A stretch of DNA of 64,000 bases, taken from the IMG/VR virus record IMGVR_UViG_3300035687_000001; one strand, written 5' to 3'. Below the pieces are notes generated by a model. The model saw only the letters and a list, made by a program, of their open reading frames with translations. It was not told the origin of the DNA and did not search any database. This stretch comes from a virus. The position numbers and the translations under genes were made by a program. This document shows positions 7,999 to 15,900 of this stretch, one piece after another; the stretch's first letter is position 1; each line of letters opens with the position of its first letter.

Positions 7999-8042
7999 GG
8001 TCCGGCGGCTTCACCAGTTGAGGTGCATAAGGCCGCCGGACC
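7999..8042 (-). terminator. hairpin terminator after CDS 8051..8155
   Basis: 11-bp stem ggtccggcggc/gccgccggacc, 22-nt loop. Confidence 0.5.
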
Positions 8043-8050
8043 GCAGGAAA

Positions 8051-8155
8051 TCAGCGGCGCGGGCACTTCCCGATGTGGCCATCCGGCCAGCCGCCGCAGA
8101 TCGTGCACTGGTCCGGGTGCAGCACAGACAGCACGGTCTTCCACAGTCGTCTCAT
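8051..8155 (-). CDS. small CxxC..C zinc-ribbon-like protein (34 aa)
   Basis: ATG 8155 8 nt after CACTGGAGG; MRRLWKTVLSVLHPDQCTICGGWPDGHIGKCPRR; rest of track ORF 8051..8755 is R-rich shadow. Confidence 0.5.
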   Translation of the reverse strand: MRRLWKTVLSVLHPDQCTICGGWPDGHIGKCPRR

Positions 8156-8319
8156 GGCGCGTTCCTCCAGTGATCGTCGGTCCCGGCAGGGCGCCGCATC
8201 AGGATCCGCTCGCTGTTCTGGGCCACCCAGTGGCGGGCCCGCTCTTCGGTGGGAAAGGGCCCCAGGGTCTGGTTCGGGGCCTGGTCGGGGTAGCGGATGC
8301 CGTACTCGAAGCCGCCCAC
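8152..8319 (-). CDS. hypothetical protein (55 aa)
   Basis: GTG 8319 7 nt after GGAGGA; very high GC3; ATGA overlap with 8051..8155; VGGFEYGIRYPDQAPNQTLGPFPTEERARHW.. Confidence 0.55.
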   Translation of the reverse strand: MGGFEYGIRYPDQAPNQTLGPFPTEERARHWVAQNSERILMRRPAGTDDHWRNAP

Positions 8320-8322
8320 CGC

Positions 8323-8802
8323 TCAGTCCTCCGGCCAGTCCTTCGAGGTCAGGACCGACGAGTTGCCCTCCTGGTCCGTGGCCACGGTGATCAGCCCGGA
8401 CTTGCGCATGATGTGGTTCGTCGAGCCCATGCGCGAGGACATGTCCGGGAAGACCATCTTCTCCTCGTCCTCGCGCTCCTCCGGCTCGCCGTAGCACTCG
8501 GCGTTCGGGTCCACCTCGAACCAGGCGTGCCCGAAGCTGGACGCGAAGACCTTGCCGTTCTCGTACGCGTAGGCGTAGTCCGTCGTGCCCGAGTTCTCCC
8601 ACGGCCAGGGCCACGGCTCGGTCGGCCGCGTGACGTCGTCGCGCGCGGCGAAGAACGCCGTCACGGCCGTGCGGTACTCGTGCTCGGTCGTCGGGAAGAA
8701 GACGGCGTCGTCGATCCCGGCCGGGTAGCCGTCCCAGGTGATGGAGCCCAGCCACTCAGCCTTGCGGCCGCGCCCCACGTAGAAGTCCGCTCGTGTGCCC
8801 AT
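8323..8802 (-). CDS. hypothetical protein (159 aa)
   Basis: ATG 8802 (MGTRADFYVGRG) 8 nt after AAGGAG; alt ATG 8808 is too close to the SD; track ORF 8323..8886 trimmed. Confidence 0.7.
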   Translation of the reverse strand: MGTRADFYVGRGRKAEWLGSITWDGYPAGIDDAVFFPTTEHEYRTAVTAFFAARDDVTRPTEPWPWPWENSGTTDYAYAYENGKVFASSFGHAWFEVDPNAECYGEPEEREDEEKMVFPDMSSRMGSTNHIMRKSGLITVATDQEGNSSVLTSKDWPED

Positions 8803-8804
8803 GG

Positions 8805-9158
8805 TCATTTCTCCTTCGGTGTGATGTTGTCGGTCTGCTCCAGGAGCTGCTGGAGGGCCTGAAGATCGGAGATCTCCCCTTCCCACAGCTCGATGCGCTT
8901 CCGTCGTCGAGCGATGCGGTCCCTGACCGACTCCACGGAGAAGCTGTCCGGGCGCTCGAAGGTGACCGGCACCGTGAGAGCGCGCAGCCGGAAGTTGTGT
9001 CGGACCTGTCCCTCAGCGCCGATCACGTGCGCAATCGGCCACGAGGATCGCCCATCTCGTACCGGGCGCGCCAGCAGCAGCCACCAGCCTCCGTGGTAGA
9101 TGAACATCCCCGGACGCAGATGGCTGATCGCCCACTCGCGGCGTGGAGGCGGCGTCAC
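8805..9158 (-). CDS. hypothetical protein (117 aa)
   Basis: GTG 9158 in GTGA overlap with stop of 9155..9640; alt internal ATG (MFIYHGGWW); track ORF 8805..9551 trimmed. Confidence 0.55.
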   Translation of the reverse strand: MTPPPRREWAISHLRPGMFIYHGGWWLLLARPVRDGRSSWPIAHVIGAEGQVRHNFRLRALTVPVTFERPDSFSVESVRDRIARRRKRIELWEGEISDLQALQQLLEQTDNITPKEK

Positions 9159-9640
9159 TGCTCCACCAACGGCTCGAAGCGCACCAGGACGAAGCGCGTC
9201 TCGCCGGGCCCGAGGTAGCTGTTCGCTCGGTGCTTGACCACGCGCTCGGCCACCTCCTCGGTGATCAGCACCCGCGACTTGTCCGGGTCGCTGAAGCGCG
9301 CGACCTCGACCTCGGCGCCGAGAGGGAGATCGCCGGACATCCCCATCAGGAACCACTCCGAGCCGAAGGCGGGCATCCGGATGAACTTCGGCGGCTCTCG
9401 CCGGAAGTGGTACTTGCCGTCCGGGATGCGCGGGAGCCGCCCCGTCTGGTGGCAGGCTGCCCAGTGCTCGTCGGCCGCCTCGATCAGCTGGTTCAGCGGC
9501 AGGAAGGCGACGGACTCGCCGAGCACGGCGTGCTCTCCAGGGCGCGGGCAATCGAGGTGCACCAGCTGCCAGCGCTCATAGCCGTTGTTGAGTGGCTGCT
9601 GCACGGGCATGCCGACGAACTGGCCGTAGGGGATCGACAT
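9155..9640 (-). CDS. hypothetical protein (161 aa)
   Basis: Track ORF, normal composition; start overlaps stop of 9640..9855. Confidence 0.75.
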   Translation of the reverse strand: MSIPYGQFVGMPVQQPLNNGYERWQLVHLDCPRPGEHAVLGESVAFLPLNQLIEAADEHWAACHQTGRLPRIPDGKYHFRREPPKFIRMPAFGSEWFLMGMSGDLPLGAEVEVARFSDPDKSRVLITEEVAERVVKHRANSYLGPGETRFVLVRFEPLVEQ

Positions 9641-9855
9641 CAGTTACCGCCTGCCACTGCTCCTGCGATGGCGATGTTGACCGCCAGCTGGGTGTTCGGA
9701 TCCAGTGCGCCACCACCGCCGCTTGCGGGCGGCTTCGGCGGCTTGTTCCACGGGTCGTTGCCCGTGAGGTAGACGTGCAGCCGCTGCCACCACGGCCGGT
9801 GACCCGGCTTCCGCCGGGCCCAGGCTGGCTCATCGAAGCCGTCCCACATGCCCAT
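9640..9855 (-). CDS. hypothetical protein (71 aa)
   Basis: Track ORF; coupled to both neighbours. Confidence 0.6.
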   Translation of the reverse strand: MGMWDGFDEPAWARRKPGHRPWWQRLHVYLTGNDPWNKPPKPPASGGGGALDPNTQLAVNIAIAGAVAGGN

Positions 9856-10037
9856 CAGCTCTTCCTCCAGGGATAGCCGTTGTTCAGCAGGCCACCGAGC
9901 ACAACGGCCAGCAAGGCGGTGGGTACGCCGATCGCGGCCGAGCCGCCCAGGAACAGGGTCAGGGCGGTCGTCGCCAGCGACACGCTGAAGACGACGTAGA
10001 GCGCAGCTCGGACCCGGCGCCGTGCGGTCGCGGTCAT
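9855..10037 (-). CDS. small membrane protein (60 aa, two hydrophobic helices)
   Basis: ATG 10037 in ATGA overlap with stop of 10034..10297; MTATARRRVRAALYVVFSVSLATTALTLFLGG.. Confidence 0.6.
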   Translation of the reverse strand: MTATARRRVRAALYVVFSVSLATTALTLFLGGSAAIGVPTALLAVVLGGLLNNGYPWRKS

Positions 10038-10297
10038 TCTTTGTCCTCCAGCAGGGTCTCGGCCCAGAACTGGTCTCGCTCGCGCGCCACGAGCCTGGCG
10101 ATGTGCAGTTCCCGCTCTGTGGCCGTGGGCAGCCACCTCTGAAGTCGAGCCACGTCGGCAGACGGCGCCTCGGTCTCGATCAGGATCACGTAGCGCACCC
10201 GACGAGCGATGCAGTCGTGGAACTGGCAGACGTCGCGCGGGCCCTGGTGACTGATGAACGGGTTGTTGGCGGACACGTGGGTGTCGGTGATGTTCAT
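10034..10297 (-). CDS. hypothetical protein (87 aa)
   Basis: ATG 10297 (MNITDTHV) in ATGA overlap with stop of 10294..10875. Confidence 0.65.
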   Translation of the reverse strand: MNITDTHVSANNPFISHQGPRDVCQFHDCIARRVRYVILIETEAPSADVARLQRWLPTATERELHIARLVARERDQFWAETLLEDKE

Positions 10298-10875
10298 CGG
10301 CCCGCCAGCTTCCGCGCACGCTCCATGACGCCGGGCTCCTGCGCCGTGCCGCCGCCGTTGACGAGCAGGAACAGCTCGGCCTCGGACTCCGGGCTGGGCA
10401 GCTGCGCCTCGACCATCGGCAACTGGAACCCGTGGCCCTGGTGGCGCTGCATCGGCAGCGTGAGCCAGCTGTACTTGACCCACTTCTGCCCGGTCTGCGC
10501 GCCGCCGAAGTCGATGGTCTGCTCGACGTGCTCCGGGTCGAACCAGTCGGCCGGGACGGTGAGCTGGTTCTCGAACCACCAGCGCGCGGTCTCGATGCGC
10601 TGCTTGCCGTCCACGCAGCCGTAGACGATCGCGTCCTCGCGCTCGTAGACGTCGCCGGTCGTCTTCTTCCAGCCGGGGTTGTCGCGCAGGTTGATGATCA
10701 CGATGCCGACCGGGACGCCCATGATCCAGGACCGCACCAGCTCACGGCGCTGGCCAACGGTCCAGACGTGGTCGCGCTGGTAGGGCGGGTTCATGTCCAT
10801 CTGCGGGACCATCTGCCGCGCCACCTCGCGGGCGTTGCGGTTGGTCGGGGAGAGGCGGTACTCGGGGAGCGCCAT
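10294..10875 (-). CDS. DUF262 (GmrSD N-terminal-type, ParB/Srx-fold) domain protein
   Basis: Track ORF; NPPYQRDHVW and VDGKQRIE motifs typical of DUF262; first gene after cassette P5. Confidence 0.8.
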   Translation of the reverse strand: MALPEYRLSPTNRNAREVARQMVPQMDMNPPYQRDHVWTVGQRRELVRSWIMGVPVGIVIINLRDNPGWKKTTGDVYEREDAIVYGCVDGKQRIETARWWFENQLTVPADWFDPEHVEQTIDFGGAQTGQKWVKYSWLTLPMQRHQGHGFQLPMVEAQLPSPESEAELFLLVNGGGTAQEPGVMERARKLAGR

Positions 10876-10880
10876 GCTGA

Positions 10881-10937
10881 CCTCCAGTGCGGTCTCGGTG
10901 ATGACCCCACACTACCCGATCGAGTAGTGTGGGGCAA
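10881..10937 (-). promoter_or_regulatory. promoter/operator/leader cassette P5
   Basis: Box 10881-10892; core 10912-10927 within 30-bp imperfect palindrome 10905-10934; TTGCCC(10932-10937)-17-TAGTGT(10909-10914). Confidence 0.6.
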
Positions 10938-10944
10938 CCCCGTC

Positions 10945-11400
10945 TTACAGCGACTCGGCCCGGAGAGGGAAGTACCGCCGGTTCAGGTGCTCGACGATCT
11001 CGGCCGCGTCGGCCGCGCGCAGCTGCATCTCGCACCGGCAGGCGACGAGAGCGTCCCGCATGCGACGCTGCTCCTCCACACCGACGGCCCAGCGCTTGCG
11101 CGCGCCGGAGTCGTCGTGGTTGGCCGCCATGAAGGCCGACTGCTCTTCCAGGTACACGGCGTAGCAGTACGGGCACACCTGCCCGGTGTTCGGCGTGAGC
11201 TGGCAGTGCAGGCGCCCGACCTCGTAGTTCTCCCACCTGCTCGCGGCCCAGGCGTCGAACGTGATCCAGCCGTCGTGGCCGTAGGTCATGCCGGACGCGG
11301 GGTTCTCGTCCGGCAGCCGGGTTAGGCCGCCACCGTAGGAGATCGGCTTGGTGACCCTGCGGTCGAAGAGGGCGTCAGTGATCTTGTCGAGCCAGCCCAT
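10945..11400 (-). CDS. hypothetical Cys-containing protein (151 aa)
   Basis: ATG 11400 (MGWLDKITD) 2 nt after stop of 11403..12092; track ORF 10945..11817 trimmed. Confidence 0.7.
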   Translation of the reverse strand: MGWLDKITDALFDRRVTKPISYGGGLTRLPDENPASGMTYGHDGWITFDAWAASRWENYEVGRLHCQLTPNTGQVCPYCYAVYLEEQSAFMAANHDDSGARKRWAVGVEEQRRMRDALVACRCEMQLRAADAAEIVEHLNRRYFPLRAESL

Positions 11401-11402
11401 GA

Positions 11403-12092
11403 TCAGTCCTTCTCGTCGGCGAGGTGCGCGCGAGGGTTCTTGACCCCGCGCTCCTTGCGCGCCCGCGTCACGGCGGCGTCGTAGTCGATGTTCATGTGGA
11501 CGACGTCGTAGTTCGCGGTGTGGACCTCGCCCGGGTCGTACTCCTTGTAGTCGTCCTCGACCTCGCCGTGGTGGTCGATCATCGGCAGGTGGCTGGGGAT
11601 GTCGTCCCCCTCCAGGTAGACGGCGGGCGGCGGCGTCCAGCCTGCCGCGAGGAGCAGCGCGCGGATCTCCATCGCCTGGTCCCGCATGCCGCCTTCCAGC
11701 GAGCCGACCTGGGAGACGATGTAGTCGACGATCGGCTGGGCGTCCTCCTCGAACGGGATGACGTCCACGGCAGGCTCGATGTCGATCTCGCCGATGGCGC
11801 AGCCGCCGCCGGTGCACTCCCCGCCGACCTGCTTGGCCAGCTCGTCGGCCTTCTCGTGCACGGCCTGGATCTCGTCGTAGTCGAAGTCCGGCTTGTGCAG
11901 GGTGACCGACGAGTAGGTCTCCTCGGGGATGTAGGGGTCGGCGACGGACAGCGGGTCGTCGGCCTCGGAGAACGGCTCGCCCTTGGCGTAGTTGAAGACG
12001 GAGCCGACGGTCCAGCCCTCGATCTCGCCGAGCTTGACCAGCTTGGCGGCCGCGTCGGCGTCGGGGACGTTGAAGAACAGGTCACGGATCAC
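11403..12092 (-). CDS. hypothetical acidic protein (229 aa)
   Basis: GTG 12092 after GGAAGGA of cassette P6; VIRDLFFNVPDADAAAKLV..; track ORF 11403..12554 trimmed. Confidence 0.7.
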   Translation of the reverse strand: MIRDLFFNVPDADAAAKLVKLGEIEGWTVGSVFNYAKGEPFSEADDPLSVADPYIPEETYSSVTLHKPDFDYDEIQAVHEKADELAKQVGGECTGGGCAIGEIDIEPAVDVIPFEEDAQPIVDYIVSQVGSLEGGMRDQAMEIRALLLAAGWTPPPAVYLEGDDIPSHLPMIDHHGEVEDDYKEYDPGEVHTANYDVVHMNIDYDAAVTRARKERGVKNPRAHLADEKD

Positions 12093-12099
12093 GGGGATT

Positions 12100-12155
12100 C
12101 CTTCCGATGCAGGATGTTGCGAGTCGACACTACTCGATCGAGTAGTGTCGGTCAA
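12100..12155 (-). promoter_or_regulatory. promoter/operator/leader cassette P6 (variant box)
   Basis: Variant box ccttccgatgcag 12100-12112; perfect 24-bp palindrome gacactactcga/tcgagtagtgtc 12126-12149; TTGACC(12150-12155)-17-TAGTGT(12127-12132). Confidence 0.6.
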
Positions 12156-12367
12156 ACGCGGCGGCGCGGGTGCGGCCGCTCCTTGCGCTCGATGAAGTAG
12201 CTGGCCTTGACGGTCACGGCCGCGATGCTCGCGTGCCTGCGGGACAGCCCGCCCGCCATCAGGTCCTCGACCAGCTGCTCGTGCTGGTCCTCGACGGTCG
12301 GGTGGGACGAGTTGGTGCCCGCGCACGAGCACCGGACGCCGCAGAGCATGAGTGCGCAGGTGGCCAT
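12152..12367 (-). CDS. hypothetical Cys-rich protein (71 aa)
   Basis: ATG 12367 (MATCALMLCGVRCSCAG) overlaps stop of 12367..12666 by 1 nt. Confidence 0.6.
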   Translation of the reverse strand: MATCALMLCGVRCSCAGTNSSHPTVEDQHEQLVEDLMAGGLSRRHASIAAVTVKASYFIERKERPHPRRRV

Positions 12368-12666
12368 CAGCCCTTCTCCTGCCACTTGCGGCGAGCCTGT
12401 TCGTTGGCGATCGCGCGGGCGAGGTCTTCCAGCTCGATGTATCCCATGCTGAGCAGGTCGCTCTGCGGGTCCTCGATGTGGACCACAGGGCCCTTGTACG
12501 CGGGCGCCACGGGCCACGGGGCGTCGTACCCCTCGGCCTCCACGACTTCGGCACACGCGCGCAACCAGGCGCTCGTACGCTCCTTCCCGGCCCGCTGGGC
12601 CAGCTCGGCTACACGCCGGAGTGCGGAGATGATCGGACCCCGGGGGTTCGCGACGCTGCGGCCCAT
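12367..12666 (-). CDS. hypothetical protein (99 aa)
   Basis: ATG 12666 (MGRSVANPRG) 2 nt after stop of 12669..13040. Confidence 0.65.
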   Translation of the reverse strand: MGRSVANPRGPIISALRRVAELAQRAGKERTSAWLRACAEVVEAEGYDAPWPVAPAYKGPVVHIEDPQSDLLSMGYIELEDLARAIANEQARRKWQEKG

Positions 12667-12668
12667 GA

Positions 12669-13040
12669 TCAGATCACCTCCGAGATCGCGACGTACTTCT
12701 CGCCCCTGCGGTTGTGGAAGATCGGCATGTAGCCGGTGCTCTTCTCGCCGACGCGCACGACGATCTCGTCCCCATCGGGCACGTAGCCACCCGCCAGCCA
12801 GGTCTTCAGGCACTCGACGGCCCCCTCCAGCGTGGTGCACTGACCGGTGATGTCGGTGTCGTGTTCCTCCGGCGAGCCGAGCCAGTACTGGACGACGTAC
12901 CAGAGCTTCTCGTTGCCGCCGGACTGGTAGATGCCGTAGTTGTTCAGGTCGACGCGCACGGAGAAGAGATTGTTGCTGGCGTTCTTCTCCCGTGACACCA
13001 CCCAGCCCTCGGGCCAGGTGACAGTTTCGGGTTCGATCAT
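12669..13040 (-). CDS. hypothetical protein (123 aa)
   Basis: Track ORF; AAGGAGAG upstream of ATG 13040. Confidence 0.75.
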   Translation of the reverse strand: MIEPETVTWPEGWVVSREKNASNNLFSVRVDLNNYGIYQSGGNEKLWYVVQYWLGSPEEHDTDITGQCTTLEGAVECLKTWLAGGYVPDGDEIVVRVGEKSTGYMPIFHNRRGEKYVAISEVI

Positions 13041-13069
13041 CGGATCTCTCCTTGCTGAACGTTGACAGC

Positions 13070-13112
13070 GACGCAGCGTTCCTTACGCCCTGGGGGCAAG
13101 AAACGCTGCGTC
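13070..13112 (-). terminator. hairpin overlapping stop of CDS 13111..13359
   Basis: 11-bp stem gacgcagcgtt/aacgctgcgtc, 21-nt loop. Confidence 0.5.
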
Positions 13113-13359
13113 AGCCGGTGTGCGGGGTGGACTGAGATCGGACCTTTGCGGCGACCACGTACGGATCGGCGAAGGCGTGGGTGCAGTGGCCCATCTGCGC
13201 GGCCACCAGGCGGGCCTCGAAGGCGCTCTCGGCTTCGACCTCGACCACGAGCACCTCGGGGGTGAACCACGGGCCGCCCCAGAGCTGGTCCGGCGCGCCC
13301 GGCGGGCGCTTCATCGCGCTGTGCTCGACGACGTGGACATCAACGGTGAAGACGGACAT
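13111..13359 (-). CDS. hypothetical protein (82 aa)
   Basis: ATG 13359 (MSVFTVDV) 8 nt after GGGAGG; track start 13368 abuts the SD. Confidence 0.65.
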   Translation of the reverse strand: MSVFTVDVHVVEHSAMKRPPGAPDQLWGGPWFTPEVLVVEVEAESAFEARLVAAQMGHCTHAFADPYVVAAKVRSQSTPHTG

Positions 13360-13364
13360 GCGGA

Positions 13365-13544
13365 TCACCTCCCGAGGATGTAGATGGCTCCGGTAGCCAG
13401 GAACCCTGCCGAGATCACAGAGGCCAACGTCACGAGGAGCATGACCTCAGCCCAACGATCCTGAGCTGCGCGTAGTACTGCGGCGAGCCAGAAGAACACG
13501 CCGGTGGCGAGCCAGAGGATGATCCAGAAGTACTCCCAGAACAT
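13365..13544 (-). CDS. small membrane protein (59 aa, two TM)
   Basis: ATG 13544 (MFWEYFWIILWLATGVFFWLAAV..) overlaps stop of next small ORF. Confidence 0.6.
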   Translation of the reverse strand: MFWEYFWIILWLATGVFFWLAAVLRAAQDRWAEVMLLVTLASVISAGFLATGAIYILGR

Positions 13545-13648
13545 CAGCGCACCTTCGCGAAGAGGATGCAGCCCACGATGAACAGCAGGGCTCCGAGGAC
13601 CCACATCAGCGTCCAGAAGCCGTCGTCGCTCAGCTCGATCGCGTACAT
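13544..13648 (-). CDS. small membrane peptide (34 aa)
   Basis: MYAIELSDDGFWTLMWVLGALLFIVGCILFAKVR; start and stop each overlap a neighbour by 1 nt; below track cutoff. Confidence 0.45.
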   Translation of the reverse strand: MYAIELSDDGFWTLMWVLGALLFIVGCILFAKVR

Positions 13649-13731
13649 CAGCGCACCCCCGCTCTGACGAACAGCCACAGCAGCGCGTAGCGCTTCCACA
13701 TCTCGACGTAGAAGCCCGGCAACGGGTCCAT
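13648..13731 (-). CDS. possible small hydrophobic peptide (27 aa)
   Basis: ATG 13731 2 nt after stop of 13734..13973; MDPLPGFYVEMWKRYALLWLFVRAGVR. Confidence 0.35.
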   Translation of the reverse strand: MDPLPGFYVEMWKRYALLWLFVRAGVR

Positions 13732-13733
13732 GA

Positions 13734-13973
13734 TCACAACCTCGATCCTGCGACGGAGCACGCCATGCCGAAGATGGCGATCACCGCGAGCAGCGTGGTC
13801 GGGACGAAGATCCACAACCCGACATTGCCCAGCGTCTCGTTCTGGTTGATCGCACCGATGCAGACCACGGCGAGACTGCCGAAGAACAGCACGAGCCACG
13901 TGACCACGATGGCCACGAACACACGCCCCTCACGCCGGACGGAGGCCTCGATTTCAGCCTGGGTCTTGTCCAT
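13734..13973 (-). CDS. small membrane protein (79 aa, two TM)
   Basis: Track ORF; VFVAIVVTWLVLFFGSLAVVCIGA and LWIFVPTTLLAVIAIFGMA helices. Confidence 0.65.
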   Translation of the reverse strand: MDKTQAEIEASVRREGRVFVAIVVTWLVLFFGSLAVVCIGAINQNETLGNVGLWIFVPTTLLAVIAIFGMACSVAGSRL

Positions 13974-13975
13974 GA

Positions 13976-14290
13976 TCAGTCCTTCCAGACGATGACGAGC
14001 GCGTACTCGTCGCGGACCTCGAAGGTCCAGTCCTGCTCAGCGGCCAGCGACTTGCCGGTCTCGCTCTCGACGTACTCCAGGGTCCAGGCCTCCTTGCCGT
14101 ACCAGGCGATCTCTACGCGGCCCTTGGGCAGCTCGGCCGCGTGGTGCCCGGCGGAGTTGAACTCGCGGACGTTGACGTCGTAGAACTTCGCGGCGTCGAT
14201 GGCCACGGTGGCGCTGATGGCCGCTTCGAGCGAGCTGCCGTCCCCCGCCCAGGCCGGGCCGAGGATGTAGCTGTCGGAGTGGGCTCCCAT
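13976..14290 (-). CDS. hypothetical protein (104 aa)
   Basis: ATG 14290 5 nt after GGAGG of cassette P7; MGAHSDSYILGPAW.. Confidence 0.75.
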   Translation of the reverse strand: MGAHSDSYILGPAWAGDGSSLEAAISATVAIDAAKFYDVNVREFNSAGHHAAELPKGRVEIAWYGKEAWTLEYVESETGKSLAAEQDWTFEVRDEYALVIVWKD

Positions 14291-14295
14291 GATGA

Positions 14296-14356
14296 CCTCC
14301 GGTGCGGTCCTTGAACTGACAAGACCCACACTACCCGAGTGGGTAGTGTGGGTCAA
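14296..14356 (-). promoter_or_regulatory. promoter/operator/leader cassette P7 (extended-palindrome subfamily)
   Basis: Box 14296-14307; leader hairpin 14306-14326 (CTGAC loop); 32-bp palindrome gacccacactaccc-N4-gggtagtgtgggtc 14323-14354; TTGACC(14351-14356)-17-TAGTGT(14328-14333). Confidence 0.65.
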
Positions 14357-14370
14357 GCCTACTGGCTGGG

Positions 14371-15144
14371 TCAGGCGAAGATGACGTCGGTGAGCAGCGT
14401 GAAGGCGATCGTGCCGACCGCCAGTATCGAGGTCGCCACCTCGAAGGCCAGCACCGCGCGGGGACTGAGCCCGGCGGCGCTGAGTACCCGGCTGAAGATC
14501 CGCCCGCCGTCGAAGGGGAACAGCGGGATCATGTTCAGGATGCCGAGCGAGACCGAGAGCAACCCGGCCAGCACGAGCGCCAGGGAGGCGTTGTCCGCCA
14601 GGCTGAACAGGCGGACGGTGCCCACGACGCCGATCTGGCTGTGATCCATCACGGCGAGGACGGTGCCCCAGATGAGCAGGCCGAGCGCAGGGATCCCGAG
14701 CACCGGCACCACGTAGGCCGCAAAGAGCTTACGTCCCAGCCACAGCAGCGTCGCGGCGGCGAGGTAGGCCAGACAGCCGGTCCAGTTGCCGATCGTCAGC
14801 GCGGCGAGGCTGAGCAGAACCAAGCCGAGCGCCAGGTTGATCACGACGCCGGAGCCCATGATCCAAGTGAACTGCCGGTAGGGCAGCTCGTCGATCCGCT
14901 TCTCGTCCCGTTCGTCGGCGCGCACGAAGGCGCCGAGCACCCAGGGGGACAGCTGGAACTTTGTCACCGTGCCGTCCGGGTTCTTCTTCCGGTAGACGGT
15001 GAACGTGGGCGGGAAGGGGAAGCCCACCCCCGCCGAGTGGATGCGGACGCCCGCGCGGCGCATGGACGCGTAGTGCCCGGCCTCGTGAGCGACGATAGTG
15101 CCGAGGAACAGCACCGCCGCCAGGGTGATCCAGAGTGCGCTCAT
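14371..15144 (-). CDS. M50 family site-2 protease (RseP-like intramembrane metalloprotease)
   Basis: HEAGHYASM (HExxH) in first TM region; NMIPLFPFDGGRIF motif near C-terminus; multiple TM helices; ATG 15144; track ORF 14371..15252 trimmed. Confidence 0.85.
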   Translation of the reverse strand: MSALWITLAAVLFLGTIVAHEAGHYASMRRAGVRIHSAGVGFPFPPTFTVYRKKNPDGTVTKFQLSPWVLGAFVRADERDEKRIDELPYRQFTWIMGSGVVINLALGLVLLSLAALTIGNWTGCLAYLAAATLLWLGRKLFAAYVVPVLGIPALGLLIWGTVLAVMDHSQIGVVGTVRLFSLADNASLALVLAGLLSVSLGILNMIPLFPFDGGRIFSRVLSAAGLSPRAVLAFEVATSILAVGTIAFTLLTDVIFA

Positions 15145-15181
15145 TGGTCTTCTTCCTGTTGGGGGAGACGGTATCCGGCGA

Positions 15182-15481
15182 TCACGGCCGCTCCTCGATC
15201 CGCAGCCGGATCGCGCGGCCGCGCCCGGCTGCTTCCTCGGCCTTGTAGCCATGGGCGAAGTTGATGTTGAAAAGGCTCTTGTGGGTGATCATCTCCGGTA
15301 CGCCCGTGTTGCGCGGGTGGCCCTCGCGATCGTCCAGCCAGCCGAGGTAGTCGCCGTTGGGACTCTGGATCACCTCGACCGGCACCGGGTTCGCGCACCC
15401 GTGCATCTTCACCGTGCGGCAGTCGCTGATCACGATCCACTCGCCGTCGCCCTTGGGATAGCCGAACATCTCCCAGCTCAT
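15182..15481 (-). CDS. hypothetical protein (99 aa)
   Basis: Track ORF; ATGA overlap with 15478..15843. Confidence 0.7.
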   Translation of the reverse strand: MSWEMFGYPKGDGEWIVISDCRTVKMHGCANPVPVEVIQSPNGDYLGWLDDREGHPRNTGVPEMITHKSLFNINFAHGYKAEEAAGRGRAIRLRIEERP

Positions 15482-15843
15482 CGGCGCACGTCCCGCAGGA
15501 TCTCGGCGATCAGGTTGCGCAGCTCGACGGCCGAGTCACCGTCGTGGTCACGGGCGATCTGCTCCATGCCGTCCAGCGCGCGCATGAGCAGCCGGGTATC
15601 GCCGCCCGAGGTCGCCAGCGCGCGGCGCACCCGCAGGAGGTCCAGCGCCAGCTCGGCGCCCTCCTCGGTGTCGTACGCCTCGGGCGTCATGATCCGCATC
15701 GCGTCGTAGCCGGAGTAGTCGAACCACTGCATGCAGATCGTGACCGGGCCCATCGTCGCGTGGTCGTAGAGCCGGTAGTGCACGTCGTCGCGGTGCCGGT
15801 GGCTGTCAGCCTCGGGGTCGACGCCGTAGTTCACGTAGGACAT
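15478..15843 (-). CDS. hypothetical protein (121 aa)
   Basis: ATG 15843 8 nt after GGAGG of cassette P8; MSYVNYGVDPEADSHRH.. Confidence 0.75.
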   Translation of the reverse strand: MSYVNYGVDPEADSHRHRDDVHYRLYDHATMGPVTICMQWFDYSGYDAMRIMTPEAYDTEEGAELALDLLRVRRALATSGGDTRLLMRALDGMEQIARDHDGDSAVELRNLIAEILRDVRR

Positions 15844-15851
15844 GGGTTCCT

Positions 15852-15900
15852 CCTCCAGTGCGGATCCACCCAGACTACCCGAACGGGTAGGGTTGGTCAA
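15852..15900 (-). promoter_or_regulatory. promoter/operator/leader cassette P8
   Basis: Box 15852-15863; core 15875-15890; TTGACC(15895-15900)-17-TAGTCT(15872-15877). Confidence 0.6.

Noticed and set aside
8051-8755. 234-aa track ORF and the overlapping plus-strand ORF 7978..8862
   Set aside because: Only the last 34 codons look protein-like and follow an SD. The rest is R/G-rich and overlaps better-supported CDS 8152..8319 and 8323..8802.
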